From NCBI GenBank assembly GCA_964612745.1, contig CAZTCH010000006.1:5477-69476 (forward strand): a stretch of 64,000 bases of DNA. Direction: 5' to 3'. The stretch's first letter is position 1. Each line of letters starts with the position of its first letter. Positions 19,867 to 28,827 of this stretch are shown here, in pieces. Made by a program: the position numbers and the translations under genes. The stretch is from an uncultured Candidatus Saccharibacteria bacterium (GTDB lineage Bacteria; Patescibacteriota; Doudnabacteria; UBA920). Below the pieces are notes generated by a model that saw nothing but the letters and a program-made list of their open reading frames with translations, was not told the DNA's origin and did no database searches.

Positions 19867-21190
19867 AAAAATGAAAACCGTTGCAGTGGTATACTTGTCT
19901 CACGATGGACTTGCGAGCCTGTACACAGGAGTCGGAACTTCTGGTCGAGATTTTTGTTTGGCATTTGAAACTATTCAGAAGAAATATAAAAAGAAAGGAT
20001 TGGCACTTACTCTATTCCCTGGAACAATTAGATACAAAAGCAGCTTTCACGGATATAGGGTAGACATTGAAAATGAGGTGTCCGCTATTTGTAAGCGCAG
20101 CGGCGGCAAAATGATTTGGATCGACAATGGTACGCACGGAACTGTTTCGTACGGAGGTCTGGCACAGTGGAAGAAGTGCTCTGCTAGTGCAGCAAAATAT
20201 ATACGAACCCTTTCAGAAAAGTATGACCATGTTATTGCGTTTGCCAATGACACCCCCTTCGCAGGGGTGGGCAGATTAGTTCAGTCACCAAATGTAAGCA
20301 CCGTCTGGGTACCCCATAGCACCGTTATGGTACATAAAGACTTTCGCCTTACCAAAAAAGATGGCAAGACTCAAGCATTTACGCAGAAGCGTTTTATGTG
20401 GGAGCGAGCAGCAATCCAGTGGGCCAATGAGAGCCGCAATAACTGGACTGGCTACACAAGTTTATTCATGAAGCGCCATCTTGTTTCAGCGTATCGAGCA
20501 GACCTATTAAAACTCATGGATACGCAAGTAGGTATATATTTCCCTAGACTTGCGAGTTATAGAACATCACAAACAGAAATAAAAAATAGGCTAACAAGCT
20601 TGGGAATCCCTACAAACAAAGAACTTATTACTACCTTTGCGAGGGCTGAAATGTACAAAGGAGTAGATCTAACACTGGCATTGGGTAAATACACCCATGA
20701 CAAGTATGGAACAACAACCGTGATATTAGTAATACCATACTCAAACAGAGACCCTTATATAAAAGAGATGCAGCAACTACGGGATCGAGTGGATAAAACT
20801 GCAATCCTGCTGTTCGGCCATGATTTCCTCACGCCTCACCTGCTGATGCAGTGGAAACACACCAAAATGGTAGCTGTGCTATCAAGGCAAGAGCCAGCCG
20901 GGCACGTCCCTAATGAATTCAGATACTACAGTAATCCAAACGCGCGACTACTAGTTTCTGACCGTGACGGCCTACCAGAAAGAGTTGCAGACGGTGCAGA
21001 CGGATTTATTACTAGCGTCAACAGCTTAGGGGACATTAAGAGGAAAGCTGACACTATTTTTGCTCTATCTTCTGTAAAATCAAAGTTAATTGCAAAACGT
21101 GGACGCCAGAGAGTCCTGCACGATTACTCCATAGTATCCAATATAGATCGGACACTTAAAAAGATTATGAGTTTATATAATTTAACCTAA
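19853..21190 (+). CDS. GT-B fold glycosyltransferase (GT4-like)
   Basis: SHDG..GVGT N-terminus, ARAEMYKG, SRQEPAGHVPNE, SDRDGLPERVADG..GF. Confidence 0.78.
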   Translation: MAIAKKMKTVAVVYLSHDGLASLYTGVGTSGRDFCLAFETIQKKYKKKGLALTLFPGTIRYKSSFHGYRVDIENEVSAICKRSGGKMIWIDNGTHGTVSYGGLAQWKKCSASAAKYIRTLSEKYDHVIAFANDTPFAGVGRLVQSPNVSTVWVPHSTVMVHKDFRLTKKDGKTQAFTQKRFMWERAAIQWANESRNNWTGYTSLFMKRHLVSAYRADLLKLMDTQVGIYFPRLASYRTSQTEIKNRLTSLGIPTNKELITTFARAEMYKGVDLTLALGKYTHDKYGTTTVILVIPYSNRDPYIKEMQQLRDRVDKTAILLFGHDFLTPHLLMQWKHTKMVAVLSRQEPAGHVPNEFRYYSNPNARLLVSDRDGLPERVADGADGFITSVNSLGDIKRKADTIFALSSVKSKLIAKRGRQRVLHDYSIVSNIDRTLKKIMSLYNLT

Positions 21191-21196
21191 CAAACT

Positions 21197-21868
21197 ATGC
21201 CCATTATCGATTCCTTCACAAAAGAAATAGCCATTATAGAAACGCTCTTCGGAAAATCCTATGAAGATGCAGGTGGTGCCGGGTATCGGTACTATCATAG
21301 TATGAGAGTGGCGAAAACTTGCGAAAGTCTTGCTCAATACGAACAGGTAGAAAATCCAAGGCTCTTAGTATTGGCGGGGTTGTTCCATGACATTGGTAAA
21401 TCTGAGCGTATAGAACAAAATGGCTTCTTGGATGGCCGTCAGGAGGCCGACGTTCTGAAGGGAAATCACGAAGACTACACACTGGTGAAAGAACTGCTCC
21501 AGCGGTATTTAGTTGACCTTCAGCCTGATCAAGACTTAGACATTGTTGCTTCGTATATTGCCAAGAATGATACCAAGGAATCTAAGCTGCTTAAAGACGC
21601 AGATAACCTTGATGAAGTAGGCCTTGTAAACGTTTGGAAAATGTTTACATATGGAGGACTAAAGAAAATATCAATTAAAGATACGCTTGACTATTATTTT
21701 AAGGAAGATAAACCACGTTTACTTAAAAAAATTGATGCTCTCATGAATTTTGATATTTCAAAACAGATGGCGAGCGAGCGTGTGCAAAAAGTTGACGAGT
21801 TCTTGCGTAACTTGGACAAAGAATGTAAAGCAGAAGACATTTCCGTATTGAGGAATTCTTCTTTTTAG
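21197..21868 (+). CDS. HD-domain phosphohydrolase
   Basis: HSMRV ... LFHDIGK ... DADNLD. Confidence 0.88.
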   Translation: MPIIDSFTKEIAIIETLFGKSYEDAGGAGYRYYHSMRVAKTCESLAQYEQVENPRLLVLAGLFHDIGKSERIEQNGFLDGRQEADVLKGNHEDYTLVKELLQRYLVDLQPDQDLDIVASYIAKNDTKESKLLKDADNLDEVGLVNVWKMFTYGGLKKISIKDTLDYYFKEDKPRLLKKIDALMNFDISKQMASERVQKVDEFLRNLDKECKAEDISVLRNSSF

Positions 21869-21879
21869 TGTAACCACTT

Positions 21880-22653
21880 ATGCAGTATTCAAAGACAGTT
21901 ATCCCAATAGTCAGAGAGGTGCGAAAGTTACTTTTGCCATACTGGGGCACTGTAGACATTATTGCGCAAAAAGATGCATCGTCTCCTGTTAGTGTAGTAA
22001 CAAAGCTGGATTTTGCAGTAGAAAAACAGGTGGCGGAAAGACTTGCCCAAGTTTACCCTCATATCCCATTTATCGGTGAGGAGTACGGGGGAGATAGAGA
22101 AGCCTCAAGATTCTGGCTTATGGACCCCATAGACGGAACGAACCATTTTGTTCGAGGTTTACCATTTTGCACTTCCATGGTCGCCCTTGTTGAGGAAGGA
22201 CAAGTTATCTTTTCTGCTATTTATGATTTTGTAAATGATCACATGTACTGGGCAGAGCGAGGGTTCGGGGCATATTGCGAAACTGAACGCCTGAGTGTTA
22301 GCAAACGCCCTCTTTCTGAAGCCTACATTTGTTGGGAAAGTCGCATAGAGAATCCAGATAATTTAGCACTGTTTCTAAAATTATACGAGAAAGCTATTCT
22401 GCTCAAAACAGTTGCCTCCGGCTGGGAATACGCCATGATAGCCTCCGGTAAGCTTGATGCCCGCATTTGTTTCGACCCGTATAGTAAAGACTACGATTTT
22501 GCCGCTGGGTCACTTATGGTGTCTGAGGCGGGAGGGGTTGTGGCGAATATTGGGTCAAAGGAGTATGACCATAAAAATTTAAATTTTATTGCTGCAAATC
22601 CTATTATATATTCAGAGCTGACAGAAAAGGCTGACTCGTTGTTTCATAAATAA
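21880..22653 (+). CDS. Inositol monophosphatase-family phosphatase
   Basis: VTKLD, GEE, WLMDPIDGTNHF, DFAAGSLMVSEAGG. Confidence 0.92.
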   Translation: MQYSKTVIPIVREVRKLLLPYWGTVDIIAQKDASSPVSVVTKLDFAVEKQVAERLAQVYPHIPFIGEEYGGDREASRFWLMDPIDGTNHFVRGLPFCTSMVALVEEGQVIFSAIYDFVNDHMYWAERGFGAYCETERLSVSKRPLSEAYICWESRIENPDNLALFLKLYEKAILLKTVASGWEYAMIASGKLDARICFDPYSKDYDFAAGSLMVSEAGGVVANIGSKEYDHKNLNFIAANPIIYSELTEKADSLFHK

Positions 22654-22660
22654 GATAAAT

Positions 22661-22756
22661 TTACATAGCGATATTAAGAATTTGAGCCGATAAATTTAAT
22701 TCAAGGCTAATTTTCTTCCAATCTAGAGTTCTGAACTCGTCCACGATACGGAGCCA
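22661..22756 (-). pseudogene. Displaced native C-terminal tail of the island recombinase
   Basis: Reads WLRIVDEFRTLDWKKISLELNLSAQILNIAM*; its W-L codons are the att core, in the same register as the WL of the 15186-15560 ORF. Confidence 0.75.
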
Positions 22757-22796
22757 ACAAAAAAGTAGTACTTCGGTACTACTTTTTTGTTGGCTC
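22751..22796 (+). terminator. Perfect 21-bp hairpin, probable original tRNA terminator
   Basis: gagccaacaaaaaagtagtac-ttcg-gtactacttttttgttggctc. Confidence 0.8.
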
Positions 22797-23143
22797 TAGA
22801 AAGGGCTGGGGATCGAAGGGAGCGGTTCGCTACCAGCGAAATTTCATGCGAATGCTTGGAGTATGAAATAGTGGCGGGCCAGCGTTAGGTGTTTAAATAG
22901 AGGCGCCTGAAACCTTTTCTTTTTAGCTTGAGCGGAGGAGGGCACCCAAGCAAAATAAATAGCACCACTCATGCGTGGTGCTATTTTATTTGATTAATAT
23001 TTCGTTTGAGGATTCAAATAAAGGTACCTGACACCTTTTTTCTTGGCTCTAGAAGGAGCTCAGGGATCGAAAAGAGCGTTCTGCTACCAGCAGAATTTCA
23101 TGCGAATACGTGGAGCATGAAATAGCGGCGGGGTCGCGTTAGG
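22790..23143 (+). repeat. Imperfect ~100-bp direct repeat (22790-22889 and 23043-23143)
   Basis: Both read ttggctctagaa..gggatcgaa..gagcg..gctaccagc..aatttcatgcgaat..tggag.atgaaatag.ggcggg..gcgttagg. Confidence 0.85.
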
Positions 23144-23221
23144 CGTTATTCGAAACGACCATGAGCCTGTCGAATGGGAGTTGAGAATAGCCGTGGGTGA
23201 CCGATCCTCAGCTCCCATAAT

Positions 23222-23557
23222 TTATTCTCCTAAAATATCTTTTAAGACATTGTCAAATCCGAAAAGTTTTGAACGGGCAATGGCAAATACTTCTTGTAGT
23301 TTATCTCCGTGAGTTATACTGAATCCTTCCTCGCCAATACGCATGAATTCACTATGGTCATCTCTATTAGGATAATAGTACAGCCAATGTGCTCCTTCTG
23401 AGTCTTTCAGAACAGACCAGAGGTATTTATCGTCGGGGTAAGTAAAGTAAAACTCTTCACTTCCGCTCGGGGCATCGTCTGATTTTCGTACTGATTGAAT
23501 TTTTTCTTGGTCTGAAACTATTTTTTCGACGAGTTGTTGAATTTTTAGATTATTCAT
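23222..23557 (-). CDS. Hypothetical protein
   Basis: 111-aa ORF directly after the upstream gene. Confidence 0.65.
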   Translation of the reverse strand: MNNLKIQQLVEKIVSDQEKIQSVRKSDDAPSGSEEFYFTYPDDKYLWSVLKDSEGAHWLYYYPNRDDHSEFMRIGEEGFSITHGDKLQEVFAIARSKLFGFDNVLKDILGE

Positions 23558-23558
23558 A

Positions 23559-24002
23559 TTACTTGCCTTTAGAATTATGGTTTTCTACCTCTAAGGTGGT
23601 TATGCTCTCCTTAATCTCGCTATATAAACTAATTTTGTCTGTTTCGTTAACCTGTTTACCTTCATCAATATCGGTCATCATGACGCGAACTCTTTTCATC
23701 ATATTGTCCCCGAAGTGTTTGCTTAAAGTGGGATTGCCTTTAATTTTTCCCAGGATATGAGCTAAAGCAGAACGAAATTTTTTTGATTTATCTTTATCGT
23801 CCTGACTGCTTTCATGTAGGGTTTCTATCCAATGTCTTAGGTCCGCCAAGGATGCTTGGAGAGAGTAACTTAGAAGAACTGCAAGTGCAGCCGATATTTT
23901 CTTACGTTGCGTAATGGCTACGATAATGGCTGCTACCCCCACCGTTATCTCTGTAATATTCGCTATAAATGAGATGCCTGCTTGAATAGTTTGGAAGGTC
24001 AT
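23559..24002 (-). CDS. Hypothetical protein with N-terminal TM segment
   Basis: 147-aa ORF. Confidence 0.65.
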   Translation of the reverse strand: MTFQTIQAGISFIANITEITVGVAAIIVAITQRKKISAALAVLLSYSLQASLADLRHWIETLHESSQDDKDKSKKFRSALAHILGKIKGNPTLSKHFGDNMMKRVRVMMTDIDEGKQVNETDKISLYSEIKESITTLEVENHNSKGK

Positions 24003-24329
24003 AATGGTCCACCCGGGCTGGATTGTTCAATCTAGCACCGTTAATCATGCAATACTTGTTATTTTACTCCCTAGTCTACTCATTTTAATCCTCCGTTGGT
24101 TTTCTGTCTATAAGTATGTTTTTGTGCATTAAAGGATTAATGGGAAGAAAGAGTTAGAAAAGGTCTTGGAGGATTATTTTAAACAGCACCCTTGGGGTAA
24201 GTAGATTTAAATAAGGGTGCCTGACACCTTTTCTTTCTATTTCATGTCTAGTTAAAATTGCCGAATTTAGCTTACGAGAAAATGAAAATGGTGGTAAAAT
24301 TATGATAAATCATCAGACCCTTTTTTGTT

Positions 24330-27300
24330 ATGACCCCTACGACAGCGCAATTTGATAGCAAAGTGCTCCGACGCTCCAAGAGCGAAAGCGACTTTAACTT
24401 GTATAGAGCTGCCTTAGAGTGGGGACTTATTGACCCTATTGTGATAGAAAGTTCGGAAGATTTAAAGTCGAAGTATAGGTGGGAAGATCGTGTAAGTCCA
24501 TACAAGCATCAGGTAACTAACCTGATTACTTTCTGTCGGAGGCTTCCTGTGAGTTTATTGGCAGATGATGTGGGCTTGGGTAAAACCATAAGTGCAGGGC
24601 TAATTGCAAGTGAACTTATTTCCCGAGGTCGTCTTACAAAGATATTAATAGTTTGTCCAAAAATCCTACGGGACCAGTGGCAAGAAGAGCTGCGTGTAAA
24701 ATTTGATATTCAATCCGTCATTGTCACAGGCCAAGAGTTAGTTAAAGTAAAGCCACCTGAAGAAGGTGGCGCAGTTATTACTACTTATAATACCGCCCGC
24801 TTGTATCTTGATAAGATAGAGAAGGTTGGGTACGAAATGTTAATCCTGGACGAAGCGCATAAGCTAAGGAATCTGTATGGGACTGACGCGGCACCAAAAG
24901 TCGCATTGAAATTTAAGAAAGCGTTAGCTGATAGATTATTTCAATATGTATTAATGTTAACCGCAACACCTATCCATAATAGGTTGTGGGATATTTATTC
25001 TTTGATAGATTTGTTGGCTGTCGCTCGAGGCCACGAAAACCCCTTTGGTCAGGAGGGGATATTTGCTCGTAAATATATAGAGGGAGATAAAATTCAGGCT
25101 CGCCGACTACGGCTAGAGGCTAAGGAGGAATTCCGAGACAATGTATACAGGTATATGTCTCGAATTAGACGCGGAGATACAGACTTAAGTTTTCCAGAAA
25201 GAGTTATTCAACTGCACCCAGTTGAACCATCAGCAGAAGAAGTAGAATTGCTGAATTTAATCCGAGAACCAATCAAGGAAGTTAATTTTCTTTCTCAAAT
25301 AACTATATTACAAACTTTTGTTAGCAGTCCTGAGGCTCTGTTGAGAGTCCTAGAAAATATGGCGCTAAACAAAACGTTGCCCAAATCCTTACAACTACAG
25401 GATGTCAAAGCAATTGTTTCAAGAATCAAAATTACAGCTAAGTTGAAAGGGCTGGGTATTTTGATAGAAAAACTTAGCCAAGAGAAACCGGAAGATTGGC
25501 GTGCAGTAATATTTACAACTCGAAGAGAAACTCAGACTACAATACAACACTTTCTTCAACAGAAGGGTATTTCTTGCGGTCTGATTAATGGTGACTCTGG
25601 ATCTAGAAACCAGGATACTATAGCGAATTTCACTGCTGATGTCCCCAAGATTCATGTAATAGTTTCTACAGAGGCAGGTTCTGAAGGTGTTAACTTACAA
25701 AAAGCCAACGTGCTGGTTAATTACGACTTACCGTGGAATCCCATGATCGTAGAGCAGCGTATTGGTCGCATTCAACGTCTTAGTTCTAAATTCGCTAAAG
25801 TATCAATCTTTAATATTATTTTAAAAGGTACTTTTGAAGAATACATTGTGGCAAGGTTGGTCGAAAAGTTGCAGATGGCTTCTAATGCAATAGGAGATAT
25901 TGAAGCATTATTGGAAGCATCTGGGATTGACGATGATGATAATGACTCCGATGGGTTTGCAGATAAAATAGGTAAATTAGTGCTAGCCTCATTGGCTGGT
26001 ATGGATGTCCAAGAGTCTACTTTACGAATAGAAAAAAGTATAGAAGACGCTAAGTTTAAGCTTGAACAAGAAAAACAGACTATAAATACTCTTTTGGGCA
26101 GTATGAATGGCGCCGAGGATATGGGCCCAAAGTGCCCTAAGCTACCTACCCAAGTTAGGTCTATTAATGTCCAATCTTTTGTGATGCAGGCACTTGAAAG
26201 CCTTGGAGTGCGTATAGAAGAGAAATCTGGTCAGCGTGTTGCTGTGTCGGAAAACCAACAAGAGGTAATTCGTTTCTCGGACGAAAAAGTCGATCCTGAT
26301 TTAATAAGTACTCTATACGCTCCTGGTACACCTGCATTTGAACGTTTAGTTTCTCGGGTTGCTGCCAGAGATTTACACTTAACTGAAGATGTAGATACAG
26401 ATATAATAAACTCCTTAAAGGAGATATCTTGTCAGTGGGCAGAAGGTTTCGAGGGAGAGATACAAGACTCCAGAATTACAGAAACTTGGCGGTGCTTTCA
26501 AGGCAGCGCGTTGGTGCGTGTCAGAGCAACAGTTGCATGCGATAGTTATGAAAGACTAATAGATATAGACTGTAGTCCGGAAGACCACTGTATGGAGACA
26601 GGGAAATATGGTCTAGACACGATTGGTGAAATAATCGACCAGCCCAGCAGTGTGGGTGTGGTAACCAAACACCTATATGAGAAGGCTCTTATGGATGAAG
26701 GTATATCAGAATTCAGTAGGTTCTATACAGAACGCCGTGCCCAAGAAATTAGCGCATCGGGTAGTGACGAAAGAAAACGAAAAAAAGTAGAAGATGACTT
26801 CACGCCTCGTCTAGATATAGTTCTCGTTGGGTTAAAAGGGACCGTTTATCGTAAGATAAAGACACTAGCTTCTTATAAATTAAGTGCTGACTTTGAATAC
26901 CAAAGTTCTCTCTTAATAACGCCTTACACAAATACGATAAATCAATCTCCGGATTTAGTGAGGTGCGATAAAACTGGCAGGATGGCACCACAAGACTGTA
27001 TTGCTAAATGTGAGATTAGTGGGTCTCGCGTATTGAGGCACCTCTTAGTGGCGTCTGAGTTAAGCGGTCGATTAGCTCTGCCAGAACATATCTTAATATG
27101 CAGTCTAAGTACTAAGCGTGTGCTAATTGACGAAGCCGACAAATCTTCAATTACAGGGAAGATGATAACAAAGAACTTACTCTATACATCAGCAGTAAGT
27201 GGTAAGACTGCGGAGCCAGAATTTTTTAGCAAGTGTGAATTTACTGACACGCATGCTTTGGAAGCTGAGTTGGAAATAAGTCAGGTTTCTGGAAAGAAGT

Positions 27301-28031
27301 TTAGAGTGGATGAGCAGCTACGCTCTCATATTTCTGGGAAGATTGGTCACAAACAAGAATTTATTTTTTGTGCAGAGACTAATGTGCCGCTTTTACCAAC
27401 TGAAGCCGAGACATGCGAGGTAACAGGTAAAGTAGTTGTGCCAGGTTTGCTAGAGAAGTGTGAGGTGACAGGGAAAATGGTATTGCCAGATTTGCTCGAA
27501 AAGAGTGCGCTGAGTAGTAAGAAGGCATTAAAGAAATATTTTGTCGCCAGTAACCTTTCTAATGCTAATATTTTGGAGCAGGAAGCAATTAGATCAGCTA
27601 TTGGTAATTTCTGCACACCTCAAGAGGCCAGGCTGTGCTCTTGGAGTGGCAAACTTTGTCATCCTGATGATTTGAGAATCTGCGACCTAACCGGACTAGA
27701 GATTGAGTTTGAGTACGCTACTAGTAACGGAGGTACTCGACTGGGCCCTCTCGTGCTTATGCTTGATGGTGTGTCGCGAAAGGGAGACTTCTCTGAGCAC
27801 TGGCGAGCTCTGGCAGATAATTTGACTAAAGCTTTGGGTGGTGGGCGAGCTAATATTGAGGCTGCAACGCTTTCGCCAAATAAACAAAATATTGCAGTGT
27901 GCGCTGAGGTGCGTACATGGGTTGGTCTGCAAACCCGTCATACTGGATTCGTGTTTTCTGTATCAGACAATAGTATTATAGGCAGAGTTGTTCAGGGGAA
28001 GAGGGTTACTGGTGGCTGGTCCATTCGTTGA
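24330..28031 (+). CDS. SNF2-family helicase with C-terminal Cys-x-x-(S/T)-G repeats
   Basis: LADDVGLGKT, DEAH, TATP, SEGVNLQ, YDLPWNP, QRIGRIQR; repeats CDKTG, CEISG, CEVTG x2, CSWSG, CDLTG. Confidence 0.9.
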   Translation: MTPTTAQFDSKVLRRSKSESDFNLYRAALEWGLIDPIVIESSEDLKSKYRWEDRVSPYKHQVTNLITFCRRLPVSLLADDVGLGKTISAGLIASELISRGRLTKILIVCPKILRDQWQEELRVKFDIQSVIVTGQELVKVKPPEEGGAVITTYNTARLYLDKIEKVGYEMLILDEAHKLRNLYGTDAAPKVALKFKKALADRLFQYVLMLTATPIHNRLWDIYSLIDLLAVARGHENPFGQEGIFARKYIEGDKIQARRLRLEAKEEFRDNVYRYMSRIRRGDTDLSFPERVIQLHPVEPSAEEVELLNLIREPIKEVNFLSQITILQTFVSSPEALLRVLENMALNKTLPKSLQLQDVKAIVSRIKITAKLKGLGILIEKLSQEKPEDWRAVIFTTRRETQTTIQHFLQQKGISCGLINGDSGSRNQDTIANFTADVPKIHVIVSTEAGSEGVNLQKANVLVNYDLPWNPMIVEQRIGRIQRLSSKFAKVSIFNIILKGTFEEYIVARLVEKLQMASNAIGDIEALLEASGIDDDDNDSDGFADKIGKLVLASLAGMDVQESTLRIEKSIEDAKFKLEQEKQTINTLLGSMNGAEDMGPKCPKLPTQVRSINVQSFVMQALESLGVRIEEKSGQRVAVSENQQEVIRFSDEKVDPDLISTLYAPGTPAFERLVSRVAARDLHLTEDVDTDIINSLKEISCQWAEGFEGEIQDSRITETWRCFQGSALVRVRATVACDSYERLIDIDCSPEDHCMETGKYGLDTIGEIIDQPSSVGVVTKHLYEKALMDEGISEFSRFYTERRAQEISASGSDERKRKKVEDDFTPRLDIVLVGLKGTVYRKIKTLASYKLSADFEYQSSLLITPYTNTINQSPDLVRCDKTGRMAPQDCIAKCEISGSRVLRHLLVASELSGRLALPEHILICSLSTKRVLIDEADKSSITGKMITKNLLYTSAVSGKTAEPEFFSKCEFTDTHALEAELEISQVSGKKFRVDEQLRSHISGKIGHKQEFIFCAETNVPLLPTEAETCEVTGKVVVPGLLEKCEVTGKMVLPDLLEKSALSSKKALKKYFVASNLSNANILEQEAIRSAIGNFCTPQEARLCSWSGKLCHPDDLRICDLTGLEIEFEYATSNGGTRLGPLVLMLDGVSRKGDFSEHWRALADNLTKALGGGRANIEAATLSPNKQNIAVCAEVRTWVGLQTRHTGFVFSVSDNSIIGRVVQGKRVTGGWSIR

Positions 28032-28119
28032 TTATTCTTGTTCTGCCAGATTAAGAAAAGGTACCATAAAGAAAAGGTGTCAGGTACCTTTTGTAGTTAC
28101 TTTTTGGTATTATGTCTGT

Positions 28120-28379
28120 ATGGATAAAAAAGTTTTGCGAGGGCTTGCGCTTAAAAAAGAGGAGAACGATAAGGTAGTAAAGCGCATTATTACTTTTTCC
28201 AGTCGGAAAGAGACGAAGAAATTGGTGTTATTGCCGCACAGGAGGTGCTCGATTTTTTTCTTGAGGAGGTTGGGGCTGTTATTTACAACCAAGGGGTGGA
28301 CGATGCGCAGTCTGCTTTGAAAGAGCAGCTAGAAGAACTAGAGTATGCGCTGGGAATGTTAAAAAAAGACACAAAGTAA
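28120..28379 (+). pseudogene. DUF2164-like protein with a frameshift in a poly-T run
   Basis: MDKK...KRIIT then shifted frame FQSERDEEIGVIAAQEVLDFFLEEVGAVIYNQGVDDA...; T5 run at ~28194-28198. Confidence 0.65.
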
Positions 28380-28394
28380 TTTTATTGAAAATAT

Positions 28395-28820
28395 ATGGCA
28401 AGCGTAAATCCTTGGATTAACTTTAACGGCAATGCGGAAGAAGCATTTACGTTTTACAAGTCAGTGTTTGGCGGAGAGTTCGGCAAAGTTGTACGGTTCA
28501 AAGATCTTGCCAGTGCAGAATTTCCTGTCCCAGAAAACGAGCAAGAAAAAATCATGCTTATTACCTTGCCAATTGGGCAGGGAAGCGAGCTCATGGCGAA
28601 CGACGTGCCAGCAGTTATGGGCAAAGTAAACGAGCGGGAAAACAGAAGCAAAATTTCCGTGCGCGCAGAAAGCAAAGAAGAAGCAGAAAAGTTGTTTGCT
28701 GGTTTGTCTGCTGGGGGAGAGGTAGAAGGTCCAATGGGCGACGGTCCGTGGGGTTCTTATGCTGGCATGTTCCGCGACAAGTACGGCATTGAGTGGATAA
28801 TCGAGTTTTACACAAAATAA
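28395..28820 (+). CDS. VOC/PhnB family protein
   Basis: PWINFNGNAEEAFTFYKSVFGGE ... WGSYAGMFRDKYGIEW. Confidence 0.9.
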   Translation: MASVNPWINFNGNAEEAFTFYKSVFGGEFGKVVRFKDLASAEFPVPENEQEKIMLITLPIGQGSELMANDVPAVMGKVNERENRSKISVRAESKEEAEKLFAGLSAGGEVEGPMGDGPWGSYAGMFRDKYGIEWIIEFYTK

Positions 28821-28827
28821 CATATTT

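Larger units (their letters stand above)
15222..22757. mobile_element. Genomic island integrated at the tRNA-Asn 3' end (defective serine-recombinase element)
   Basis: GAGCCAA direct repeat at 15222-15228 and 22751-22757; recombinase C-terminus split in frame across both ends; terminator hairpin directly after the right copy. Confidence 0.85.

Noticed and set aside
15222-22757. Prophage
   Set aside because: No structural, terminase, replication or lysis genes
23043-23216. Second tRNA gene
   Set aside because: Only T-arm and acceptor fragments; no D arm or anticodon arm can be folded
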